Part shown: positions 22,102-35,500 of the stretch, in pieces
How positions within the stretch are numbered: the first letter of the stretch is position 1
How the letters are laid out: every line of letters begins with the position of its first letter
Source: Antedon mediterranea
Taxonomy: Eukaryota; Animalia; Echinodermata
Direction of reading: 5' to 3'
Length of the DNA: 64,000 nt
Assembly (NCBI RefSeq): GCF_964355755.1
Contig: NC_092675.1
Coordinates: forward strand, 21,796,912 to 21,860,911
Made by a program: the position numbers and the translations under genes
The notes under the pieces: generated by a model
The model's database searches: none
What the model was told of the DNA's origin: nothing
Seen by the model: the letters and a program-made list of their open reading frames with translations, nothing else

Positions 22102-25100
22102 TTTAATGTCTTGTCTCTATGTACATAGCTCATTATGATAAGTTGCCATGAACTAGAACCTGGTTACGTCATTGTGCGCATGGGCTGTGCTGCCTCAATA
22201 TATTCTCCTCGACAGTTTGATGGATTAGGTCGAGTCGACGACCAGCAACGCAACATGCGTATACCATAGATTAATACTTTATAGGTTCATGCGTATACGG
22301 TGGTTGAGTGTGGATCTGGATTCAGTTAAAGAATAAGTCCAAAATTTAATTTCATTAAAATTATAAAAATGATCACCTATAATTCGTCAAAGTGACGAAT
22401 TAAATTCTAGTTTTATAAATCATTTGTAGCTTTTTAACAAGGTTTTTTAATTTTAATTATGAGTAGAAAACTTTATATTCGGGTTTTTTCCGAGGTGAAC
22501 CAACATAAAAGAGAATTATAATAATATTGCATTTGTTTTGTGAATCTATTTCATTTTATTTCTGGCAAACACAATTTTGAGTTATTGTTGTACGGGAATC
22601 ATCTTTTTGTGGGTGTCTAGTCGAACATGCTGATTTGATGGTTTACTCATTTTGACGATGAAACGTACAATAAAAGTGAATATACAGAAGAAACATTTTT
22701 AAACATGAGTTTAATAATAGAACTTATTCATCATGACACAGAAAATCTGGTTGGAACACAAAAAAGAGTTGGCCAACCAGACATTTGACTGGTTACTACT
22801 CAGATACAACAAAGATCATAATGAACAAGCCAATAATTGAAACTACTATCCTAGCGTATCTTCTTATTGGCATATAATAATATTAAACATTTGTGGTATA
22901 AAATGTAACACACATTAAACAAATTGATTTTCTTGATATATGGAACAAATGATTTGGGCATTACTTCTTTTTGTCCTTGATATAATTAATTCAAACGTTT
23001 TGTTTACTTTCTGCAACACAAAACGTTTGTTAGTTTAAGGAGTACTGTATTTTTACCATGAAATTAAGCAAACATTGTATAAGTGTTATTAAACTAATAA
23101 TTGATACAATTTCACAACTAGGGGTGAAATTGCCACAAAACACTGGCCCTTGATTACCATTCTTTATAAATTGTACTTCGTACACAACGTATCTATTATG
23201 ATCATTAAAATTACTTTACTCCAATTGCAGTTATAAAAATACACTCCAACTGCTAGGGGTAAAAACATACTGGTCTATTATGAGGCTCGTAGGGATATCA
23301 ACTTGTCCAAAAACAAAACAACACACACTACGGACATCACTAAGATTGAAATACCTGTGTAACAACCCAACTTTTAAATATAAAATTATTAGTAAATAAA
23401 CTGTATTTGTCAGTAAAAATAACAATATTGTCACATGATTTTTTAAATTGTTATACTGGAAACCAAGGCTTTTAAATCTGCCTTGAAAACTCATCTTTTT
23501 CTTCAGATTGAGCTCTCTCATACACCGCGCCTTTGATCACTGCTGAAAATGGGCGTTATAAATTCGTACTATTATTATTTAAAACAATGGAACAAACCAT
23601 TTCATAAAATAATACCGATATTATGTAAAACATAGGCGTTTTGAATTTATATCTCTCCTAAATTTAACATTTACTTACATCTAATACATCATTATTAATA
23701 AATAATTACAGTATTTAAAATTCTAGTAATAAAAACTGGGGTAGGCATGGAGGAAACTTAACTGTACTCCATTGTACATAATATTTTAATTATAATACCC
23801 ATTATTTTAATCATAATAAAATGGGTTTTCCCTTTTTTAGTTCTTTTTCACTACATCTATTTATTTTAGTATGATGGACTAGCTTGTATTGAATTTTCCT
23901 TTTGGACAAGTTGATTTAAATAATTATGCATACAGAATAACCCCTTTTAAGCCATTGATAGAGGTTTCAATGTAAAAAAATGGATGCAAGGTGAGAATTA
24001 ATTAACAATTACACAAGATATAACAAACAGAAACTATTTACATAAGTGCATTTTTATCCACCAAGAAAAACATATTGTGGCGTTCATTTTTGCACACCAG
24101 ACCAGGAGGGAATTGAAAAGGAGACAAGAGAAAAAGGTCTACTTTTGTCATTAAAACTGGACAGAAAAATATCTTTTCCTATTTAATTGATTATCACAAA
24201 TGATCTTAACTTCTGTATTCAAACATAACGTTGTTGGTGAATTCAACACATTCTCATTGACAGTTAAATTAATATCATTTTATCAAGCAATTGCTGAAAA
24301 ATGTAAAATTTGATTTTTATAGAGGTACATCAGAAAATATGGACAATAAAACAACCCTAACGTTTTGTCACAAAATCCTTTTTTTTTTTATGTTTCTGAT
24401 TTTGAACCATGTAATAGGGATGGTCAAAGTAGTTTCGCTTAAACAAACTATCAACCATTGTACAATAATGATAGGAAATCTTACAGGATTTTCAAAATAA
24501 TTACTTCCTCTATAAAAAAAACATTTATATATTTGGACAGAAATGTTGTTGTTGTTGTTATTATTATTTACCCAGGTCAACAAGACTACAATGATTCTTT
24601 TTTTTTACAATGAAACACAATAACAACAAGACAACAAAAAAGTACAACAATCAGCAAGCTAATATTATAAATAAAATTATATGGCCCATCTAGAGAGCAC
24701 CTTCTACAAAATACAACTAATACAAAAAATCACATATTGCTTTGCTTTCTATAAAAAAAAAAGAAAAAACATGAAAGCAGCAGCTAACATATGATACAAA
24801 TAGCAGTCGAATTACATCCAAATTAACTTTTACCACTATCAATTTTTACTAAATTTTGGTCAAGTCATCATATTATTGAAACAACCCAGATACATTTCAG
24901 TGCTCTTTTTTTTTACAAATGTTCATCCCGTTAATAAAGTACAGTATTTTGATTTTTCAAATCACACTAAATATACATGCCTACAATTTTGCCTAATCCT
25001 GCAAGCAAATTGAATATCAAGAGATCAATGACAATACTGAAGGTCAGAAATATTAAATGAAAAAAACGAGTTGGCAGATCTCTCAAAATTGGTAGGTATG

Positions 25101-25826
25101 AGTTAGTTTGAATATAAATAGATTGCAGACAATCAAGGCTGGGACACCAAAAATTACAAATTGTCCTTTTCAATTTTTTTCTCAATTACTTACTACATTA
25201 AATAATTATTTGTTTTACAATTTTTTCGTCTCCGATGGAGACAATTACACCGATTTCTCTTCCACACAATTATTTTAAAAACAAATCTGTAGACAAAATA
25301 TTTAAGCTATTTTGTTCACGCAGTTGACTCCATCGGTGGTAAGTACAGTATATACAAATTAAACATTACGTTATTCTGTTTTTCACTATTTTAAGATTCA
25401 AGTCTTTACCCTTTAAAATTTATTATTAAAATAAATAAAACAATTTGATGTCACTTATTTTATGAAGAAAAACAACATGTACGCAAACCATACATTGATT
25501 AAAAGATTGGAATAAACATATGTACAGAGGTGTTTATATACCTTTTCATGATTGTGAATCTATTTTAAACAAATATTAAATGTGATTGTCTAAAAAAAAA
25601 ATAAGTAGTTGGATTTGATTTTTTGAATTTGAAGCTTGTATATTAAAAAAAAACCAAAATGTTGTTTAAATATACTTACTATGTTATTTTTCATTTGATC
25701 AAATAAGTAATTCTACAATAACATCACATAAAGGGAACTATAACACACTTCCACAAAATATATTATATTAAAAATAAGTTCGGTTGATCTTAGTTTTATA
25801 TTATTAATGTAGAAACCTATTAAACG

Positions 25827-25870
25827 TGTCACAATGAGGTCGTGTCACAATGAGGTCATGTCACAAATGA
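25827..25870 (+). repeat. About 3 tandem 16-bp repeats GTGTCACAATGAGGTC downstream of the SSBP stop codon
   Basis: gtgtcacaatgaggtc gtgtcacaatgaggtc atgtcacaaatgag read directly. Confidence 0.8.
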
Positions 25871-26574
25871 GTTTGCATTGGTGTATTGTTTTCAATTAAA
25901 TACTGATTAATGTAAGTTTTTTTTCTCAATTACACAATGAGAAAAACATTACAATTCTTCCATTTCACAATGGAATTGCCACCCAACTGTTGAATTTAAA
26001 TATGCATTATAGGGTACATGAAAACTTTTTACAAGTTGTAGTATGAAAAATGTAATCTGTACACAGTAATACAATAAATAAAGCTATGAGCACATTGAAA
26101 ATGTTGACCTATGTAGTATGGTTGTTAGAAGGACAAGGAGTGCAAAATGGGAGAATTGTGATTATTTTTGGGCCACCTTCACCCACCAGCAATGCTTTAT
26201 GTCCTATTAAGAATATGAAACTCATTAGTACATACAAGTACAATAAATTATAAACCAAAATGCCTACATCAAATTTCCCTTAAGTTGACATTTTCTAAGC
26301 ATTAAATAAATATATATATCAACAGTTCTTTATTCAAACATGATTGTTGAGAAATCCCAGAATGCCTGATTCAAAACACGGTAGCATATCTATCCGTAGA
26401 TCTATACAAATTTCTCCAGGCTAGTCTTCAATACTCCAGAAGTCTTGATAAACACTTTCAAGGAGGCAACAATATCAGCAAAGGCTTATAATATATTTAT
26501 ATTATAATACATATACACATATATAAATATTTTTATATTATATATATGTATATATATATTTAAAGAAAGATTGG

Positions 26575-29500
26575 CTATTGCATGAAGTAGTCCGGATGGT
26601 CAGGCGGACCGGGTGGTGCTCCATCTTTTTCAAATCTTTTTGCTTCTTCTTGCATGCTTTCTTTAATTTTCTGAATTACGGCTGATTCGGTCTAAAATAA
26701 GAATATAAATAATAATGAATGAATGTAAATGATAATAATAAATGTAGCACCTTTTCCTTTACCGCTCGGTCACTTAAATTGACAATTTTAATCCCTGTCC
26801 CAAACTCTCCATAAATCAGTGTATGCATAACATGTTCTACATAAACAAGATCTTTTAACCAAGTGTTTGGGATTGGAGTTGTTTTTTTATGATAGCAAAC
26901 CATGATTCAACTAGGATTTTAAACTGTGACGACAGAATTGGAAGGCAAGAATTGACTAGATCGATTAAAAACAAAAACAAATCTTACATTGTCTTGAAAA
27001 TGTGGTAAGAATTGACCACCCATCTCCCCATCCCCTTCCCTCGGAGTTCCTGGTCCGGTTGTTCCTGCTGCATTACTAGGTGAGCTTTTCCCCATCCCAT
27101 CTAGATCCCCTGTAAAGAAAACAAAGTATTGTGAGAAAACATTGGGTAATATTCCTTTTAGAGTGTCACTTACAACATTTCACAGTTTGCAAACCCAGCT
27201 AGGTCGTCATATAAAAAATAACCACAATTCACTTCAATTCACTTTGGGAAATTCTATTTCTGTGTGCTCTTTGATCAATTTCTATTTTATTCATAGAATA
27301 ATATGAAATAAACTATTATGGAAATGGTTAAATCTATATTTAAATAGTAATTGTAAACTTGTTTACTTTGATTATTTACCTGTATGCTTACCGTTCATAC
27401 TAGGTGGTACATCCGGATTTCCCATTGACATAGGTCCATCTGGACCTGACCCCATTGCAAAATTCTATCAACAAAAATAGTACAATAGTTAATAGTCAGA
27501 TAATTTACTATAAATAGAATAAAGAGTCTGTCGTGGAAAAATGTTTACTGTGGACACATTTGACAGTGGTGCCTAGTTAGAAGTTTACTAAAAGTTTTAA
27601 AAAATCCCTGTACTATTATAGCACAGTGATGGCGCTTGGCACAAGGTTTATAATGGAACTCATTCAACAGTGCTGCCTACAGTAGCAGAAGTTTATCATG
27701 GGACTCATTCAAACAAAAACATCTTTAAAATGTGTAGTACTTACCCCTGGTCCCATGTTTCCCCCTGGTCCCATGTTTCCTCCACCTGGTTTCATCATAG
27801 GATACATATTTTCTCCAGAATTTGTTGAATCTAATTTTTAAAAGAATAGTTTGTTTAATAACAAATATAACATTCTTTACAGGAAACAGTTTCATTTTTA
27901 AAATAGTATGATCAGGTACTTAAATCCAGATAATGGTTGCCAGAAAAAAAAAACCAGTAAAATATATGAAGGTATGAACTCAAAGTTTTTCAAAACCGAC
28001 AATTTTATTTAGATACTTATGGAATTATAAGTATAAAAGAACAAATAACTCAATTAGTTATTAGTCTAAAAAGTATCAGCTCCAATTTTTTTACTCATCA
28101 ATAATAACATCTACCGAATTTACTCAAATTGAATTAACATACTGCTTTTCATTTACAAGTAAGTATATTGAACATATCCCATTGAACAATAAGATTATGA
28201 AGAGTTCAAAAGATGGCCTAAATGAGTACAGTAGGCCTACAAGAGTTTCCCTATATCCCAATTATATGAAGACAATCATATTTACATTTACAAATGAAGA
28301 CAAAACTTCAGAAAACATAATTGCTTTTAAACATGAGAACCAGCAGAGGTTGGCAAGATATTATGACCTCTAACCTCAAATCATAAAGACAGTATTTCAA
28401 TTAGGCCTTTTACAAAAATAAGAACAATTTGAAACGTATTTACACTACTAAATTTTGAGAGATGTTTGACTTTTGTCAACTAAATAATAGTTAGTAAATT
28501 AGAATCTAAAGCCCTTTTCACACCTCAAAAAGTCTAGGGATGGGTTTCCACCATTTTGGAAGAGTTCTCTGTATTCTGTGGTTGATTCACTTATTAAGTT
28601 ATATATTTCCCTTTTTTTACTTAAGTCAATAAATATTTAACGATTTAAGTTATTCACTTTAGATAGGAGAATTTTTTTTTTCACAAGCGTTCCATACCTA
28701 ACGTCTTATGATTGGTCAAATTACTGGTGCACTTACGTCGTTGCATTGTGGGAACAAAGCTTGAGTGACTGGTGAATATGGTTGGAATATAAAATGCTAT
28801 ATATAGTATATTTTCACTAAGTTGAGAGTTACCACAGTAAATTTATAGGTTATAGTAATAATATTTTATATTTTTATAATTTGTTTTTCTTGTGTAATAA
28901 AAATAAATTTAATATTTTTTGCCAAAAGTCATTGCTCTTTTGATTCCAGATAAATTGGTAAGGGAATTTAAAATATTGAAAAAAAAATTATACCAGAGTG
29001 ATAAAAATAAATTGTAAAAGAATTATAAATATTAGGAATGTTAGTATTCTATGTTTTTAGTAGAAGTGTTAAAGGTATATTCACCTCTTCTGCTGTTACT
29101 ACTCTGTGATAATCGTCTATCTGACGAGAGTGCTGGAGTTGCACCTGTATGTAAAAATTCTTAGTCATTGAAATGCTTTACATATCATTTTTGTTTACCT
29201 GCACCATGCAATGGTTTAGTTAGTTATAATAATTTATTTTTTAAATATATTGAATTTTGAGTACTATATAAAGTTTAGGTATTAAAAAAAATCACTACAA
29301 ATTTGAATAACTATGTAATTGCCTATGAGAAAGCAAAATTGAGCAATTAGATTGAATATTTCTGCAGTTTTAACAAAGTAGTATGTACCATTAAAGTGAG
29401 AAGGGAATGGAGTGAGGCAATATCTTACCTGATTGTTACTATTCTTATTTATTTCAAACTGTTTGCTAGGGCTGGTAGTAAGTAAATTTGTATCATAAGC

Positions 29501-32500
29501 GATACAGTAGAATCCTTCATTTGGGAAATCCCTAATAAGCGGACACTCTTATAATAATAATTATTTTGCTTCAGAAGATCATTGAATGAATTTTGAGCCT
29601 GAAATCAATAGTGTTTCCAGTGATCTAATAACCTACAGAGATTTGAACACTGTAGGTTCCTCCCGAGAACAACTGCTACATTTTTTGCAAGAATTGCAAC
29701 AAAAGGCAAACAAATTTTATTTTTGTTTGGGCAAAATTAAATCCATTTTTGAGTAATCAAAATATCAGTATATACCAATATATTATACAAATTATTCTTA
29801 TTTCAAATTTAATAAAATTAATAATGAAAAATTTTGAGGCAATTGACTTGAATTTGTGAGAAATTTGTGGTTGCCTAATTAGCATTAATGTACATATAGT
29901 TTTTTTTATTAATCATGCAATATACATAAGAAAAGAAGATATACCGTACTACAAAAATGTAGTAACAGTTTAACCAAGGTGCAAAGTCAAAAGACTCTTG
30001 AAAAATTAAAGATCAAGTTTGTTTTGCCTGTTAAAAGGTCGAAAAGCACTAAAGCATTAGAAATATTATGTGATCCTCAGAAGCTTTGAACTAAAGCATC
30101 CTATCTAAACAATATAATTATAAGAAAGAATGTTTCAAAATAATTAATTGTAAAGAGGGAATTTTTATAAGAAAAATAAAGAAAGCAAAAGAATAAAGCA
30201 GAGATCTGTTTGGACAAGGGTGCACTACAGAGGTAACTAAAGAGGTGACTTATAATTAAGAAAACTGTAAGAAACTCTGAATCTACCACAGGAAAAAGCT
30301 GAAATTTCTCTAGATGCTAATACTTTTCTTGTGTAAAACCATTTCATATCAACATTTATAAAAAGGTTTAATTTTGCTAGCTTTTTTGCTAATGTAATGT
30401 TCTATTTAATGTATAGCGAAAATACAACATAAGATTGGTTTTATTTTTTAATTTACCTACTAAATCTAGATAGACATTGAATATAAACCTATTGATTAAG
30501 TTTGAGTAAACAGACTATATTTATCTACAGTATGAACAAAATGATAAATAGGACAGAAAAATACATCTTTAGTTGAAGCATCTGTAAGTAAGGTAAGAAG
30601 CAAATGTTGCACAAAAAGCAAGAAAATATTAATAAAGCAATAACTGTTTTATATATTGTTTAAAGGTTTAAATGGCGAAATAAATATGTTGATATAAAGT
30701 TTGAGGTACACCACCACGTATGTAAATCTGAGAATAACTGTTGAGTTTCTTGACGTTTTGATCAATATACTTTGATCGTCCTCAGGAGTGAGAATGCAGA
30801 AAGTCCAGTAAACTGGGGAACATAAGTGAAATTGGGTGAATCTATGTGTGCAAGCTAAACCAGTAGCAATGTTCACAATTGGAGTGATTGAAACTATTAA
30901 AGATAGGATTGTTTCTCATGAACAATGATAAATGGAAACTAGCTATATCGTCGAGAAACTCGCAGTTCTTTTCAGAAATACATACGTGGTCTATCGCAAA
31001 CTTTATATCAACAAAATATTTCATAATTATATTATACAATTGGTAATTTGAAATTTTGGTTAAACACCATATATCATGAATTAAGTACCTGATCAAGCAA
31101 TATGTGTGTGCAATATAAACTAAAAACAATTGGTATTAACTTTGATAGAGATAGCAATAAAGCCTAATTTGGTACTGAATACCTCCCAGTTTAACTATCG
31201 GTTTAAATAATTTTATTGTTTATTATAAAACATAATCAATTGTGATCACATATTGGCACTGTTTTAAAGAAAGCATTCTACATACAATCTAGTAATTAAA
31301 AGATTTCTTTTTATACTAAATTCTGATGACACTGATTGTAAACTAGGTCCACACTGTGGCTGGATAAAAAAGTTGGTGTACTGTAGTGTTTGAGATATAG
31401 AACTTATTTATTTTTCTTCTGTACAAAACATTTTTTAAAGACACTACTGTAGATCAAATCCAGACTAAGGGTGGGCTTACAAATTTCTCTGCTTATCAAA
31501 CTATCAATTAATTTGCAAATGATTATGTTTCATTATAACAATAGAAAGATTAAACCAGGAATATAAATTATTCTAAGTTTGAAAGTCAACAAAGCTTGTT
31601 GGAAAGTAAATTCCAGCAGTGTGGATCTATCTGTTCAACCTTACAAAATCACTGAAGTTGAACAGATGACCATTAATGTTGTTAAAATGTTGTTGTGAGT
31701 AGCATTGCACGTTAATGTAATTAACAATAGTACATACCTTGAGGACTTGGCATGATAGGTGTTCCAGGGGCGCCTCCTCCTCCCGGTGGACCCTGTATAA
31801 TAATACAATTAACAAGTAAAATACAACCACCATTAACAAGAAATTAACTCATCAACAGGAAGAGTAGAGATAACAAGAAAAAATGTAATGCAAAAATATC
31901 ATTAATAAGAAAATAATTAATAACAACTTAGCATAATTTTTCAAGAGATTGAAATCTCTCTTGCTCGGCTTCAAATTGTTCAACTGATATTTAGTTTCAC
32001 TTTTAGTCATATTTCAAGATTGATAATTTGTATATTTGTTGAAATGGTAATGTACACTATAATTTATAAAACAAATCTGGAAATTATAAATTGCTATTGT
32101 CTTTATTGTTTAGTTAATTCTTTGCTATAGTCATCGTAAAAGAAGAATTAAAAGAAATTTAAAAATCTCATGAAACAATGGAAGGTTAAAATTTGCTTTG
32201 AGAATACGTTGAATAATGGGCATACTAAAAAACACACACACAAAATAGGAAGATGCATGCACTGTAGAGTAATTAATTAATGTATACAGCACTTAATTAA
32301 ATTGGTCATAATTTTTATTAATTAACTAAAATAATTCGGAATAATTTTTAAATATGTAAAGGAAACAAGAGAGGAAGGAAAACATGAATTGATTGGTCTA
32401 TGAAAAATGTTTACAAACTCAACATGCAAAGACCCAAATATTGACAAATTAATAATTCATTAGTTAACAGCTAAGCTTATGTCGCCCTTTGTGACTTTCA

Positions 32501-35500
32501 TGTTTAGAGTCTAGAAAACTCTGATCTGAGCTTCCTAGACAAAAAATGTTGACTTTTGCCATCTCATGCTTTTTGTATATGTTCCTCCAACAAGAAAATG
32601 ACAAACATGAGTTGGTCAAATATCGTTTTGATTTTACATAGAAGAGACACTCACACTTGGATGATTTGTGTAGGTGTGGTTTTCCAGTATATACTGTATC
32701 TATTACGATTCAATTACCACGACTTTATAAAATGGTTGGTTTGGCAACTAGAAATTAGATCGTGTCTGTGACATAAACTTAGCTTTGAAGATAACATTGA
32801 AACAAGTCATAAAACCAAAACCATACTACATAATATTATGATATAAACAACAATATGATATTAACAAACTATTACAGTAAAGGTCAATATCAAACACAAT
32901 ATATAACCAAAAATACAAATAAAACAGACTGTTCTTGAAGCTAATCTTTCTACTCTACATAAATTCAAGCATAATAATGTGCTGTACTACTTTCCGAAGA
33001 AACTCAACAATGTGTCTGAAATAACACCTTTGTCCATTTTAATTTGTTGGTTTTTTTTGTGATGTACAAAAAAATGTATTACTTCACAAACAAGAAAATC
33101 TTTTTAACAAAACACTAAACTAATTGTAAAAAAAGCAAATTGTACTGTGTGTGTATATACTCTAATTGGTCAACATGCACACAGACGTGGTCTACTTACA
33201 GAGAAATTGATGGGAGGAGAATTTGAATAATTCATCTGATTGGGCGAAAAGTTTAAGATGAAAACAAGAGTAAGAAAATCGGTAGCCAATACAAACCAAA
33301 GTAGAAAAATCACAAAATAATAAATGTCACATCATGGAGTTCAGTCCATGAAAATTCGCATTAGGCCATTGAAAATGGAACATATGGTTCTCGTCAATTT
33401 GACCACACATCCAAAAAGTTCATCTTTCATCTTTATTTTTTTTTAAATACTAAGACTGATGAAAAATGATAATCTGGCATCATTCTTTTCTGGATATAAA
33501 TGAATCTCTGTATGTTAATGTAAAGTGAATGTTTAAAGAAATCCTAAACTGAAAATTTGAGGTATCGACGAGAACCATATAATATATTTCTCATGGCCGT
33601 ACATACTTTCCATTTAAAAAAAAATCAAAATTATTGATTATTGTTTAACCTAAAATGTTGTTACAATTCAATCTCACTTACTGTTGGTGTATTTGGTTGC
33701 CAGGGCCTACCTCCACCGCCAGGCCTGTATAGAATAAAGAATAACAGGATAGAAAGGTAAAGGAAAAATCAATGTAATCATTGGGAAGATTGTGCAATAA
33801 TTCAGTAACCAGTGTGAGCAGTTTTCTTGGTTTTAAAGCGAGTTAAACCACTTGGTCTCAAAACACCTTTTTTGTGGAATAGCATATACTGTACTCATGT
33901 ATACAGTAGAACCGCTAATGCTTTAAATTGTCTTTTCTAATAATAGTTAATATAGTGTATTTTCTGTTTTATTCAGAAGTTCATGAAAGATTACTTACAT
34001 TGATAAAGGCATACCCGGCCCTGGTCCCATTGAATTGTTAGGAGGCCGCATTGGCCCATAATTCTAAAAAGAAAGAAAGTCAACAAACATGACAAAACCA
34101 ACTGATTACTTTAAAGCATCCTTATCCTTTAGGGGGTCGGAGAGTCGGACAATCTGGTCTACCCCCTAAAGTGCTATGTACCTTGTGATTTTTATTATTT
34201 ATAAAAGACGAAATAAACGAAATGAAATGAAATATTTCTTAATTTATTTACTTATTTTTAGTTCTTTTTATTGAGTAGGAGTGGAGAAGTTGAGTAGGAG
34301 TGGAGAAGTTGAGTAGGAGTAGGGATACTGACGCTAATTAGATAGGTTACACGTATTAATAAAAAGGGTACGAAGCTTAAGCATGCATATTCTCCTAATC
34401 CTCAATATGCAATGAATAAATTATATATCTTCATTATGAGGTTAATGGACCACAATTTATTTAACATCTGCTAATGAAATGGAATGTTCTGTATTAAGTA
34501 ATCTAACTCCATATGCTTAATTACAAAATTCAGCTATTAGTATACACAATAATGTTATACAGTATGTTTCCCTCAAACAACATTATTCAAAAGGTAAGGC
34601 AAGTCTACACTAGTATCTGATTTTTGTTTGCTGTTTCTGAGAAGGTTGTGGTGCATGGTGGTACATACACTAGTTAATGGAGACTAACATTTTGGCCATC
34701 TGCAGGATTACAAAGACTGCTATTTGATTGACTAAGTTCACAGATGTTAAGAGAAGGTCCTGCCTAACTTCTGAAACTACTTTAGTTTGCTGAAGTTTGT
34801 AAGCTGGCAAAATTTGGAAACATTTTCTTGCCAAATTTGCAAAGCTTAGGCAATGTTTTAGAAAGCATTTTAATTTGCAACAGCTAAAAGAGGATTACTG
34901 ATGATCAGAAGATCACTAGCCATGGATCCAACATTGTGACGTCCATAATTCCTGTCAAGTCACCAAGTGTATTTTTGGTAATCACAACATCACACACCTC
35001 CATATTCTTTAATGTCTTCATGGTAGCAGAGTACTAACAACTTTAGTATATCAATAATTACATCAATTTTCTTATTTAACAATTATAAATGAATGAATAC
35101 ACTTACAGGTTGCATGGGCATTCTAGGATGAGGCATTCTCATCTGACTCCCCATATTTACTAAAATTAGAAAAGAAATATGTCATTGAAAATGTGCACCA
35201 AATAAAAATAAAAACTATGTTTAAAATCTTAATCAATATCAACCAACTATGAATAAAACATAGAAGTTGATCGTTGCTATATTTCAATCTGTACGAAACA
35301 TAATTTTGCAGGAGAAAGTTTTTTGTATTTTGTGCTTTTAGATATGTAATGAATTGGAAAAATAACACAGATTCCAGTAATAAAATATAAAATTCTGGTT
35401 TTAAATGTAATTATTTTGAATTATTTCACATTTAAAAAATGACAATCAAAAATAAAAGTAATTACTTCATCCAAGAACAACAATTTATCTTAAAATTAAA

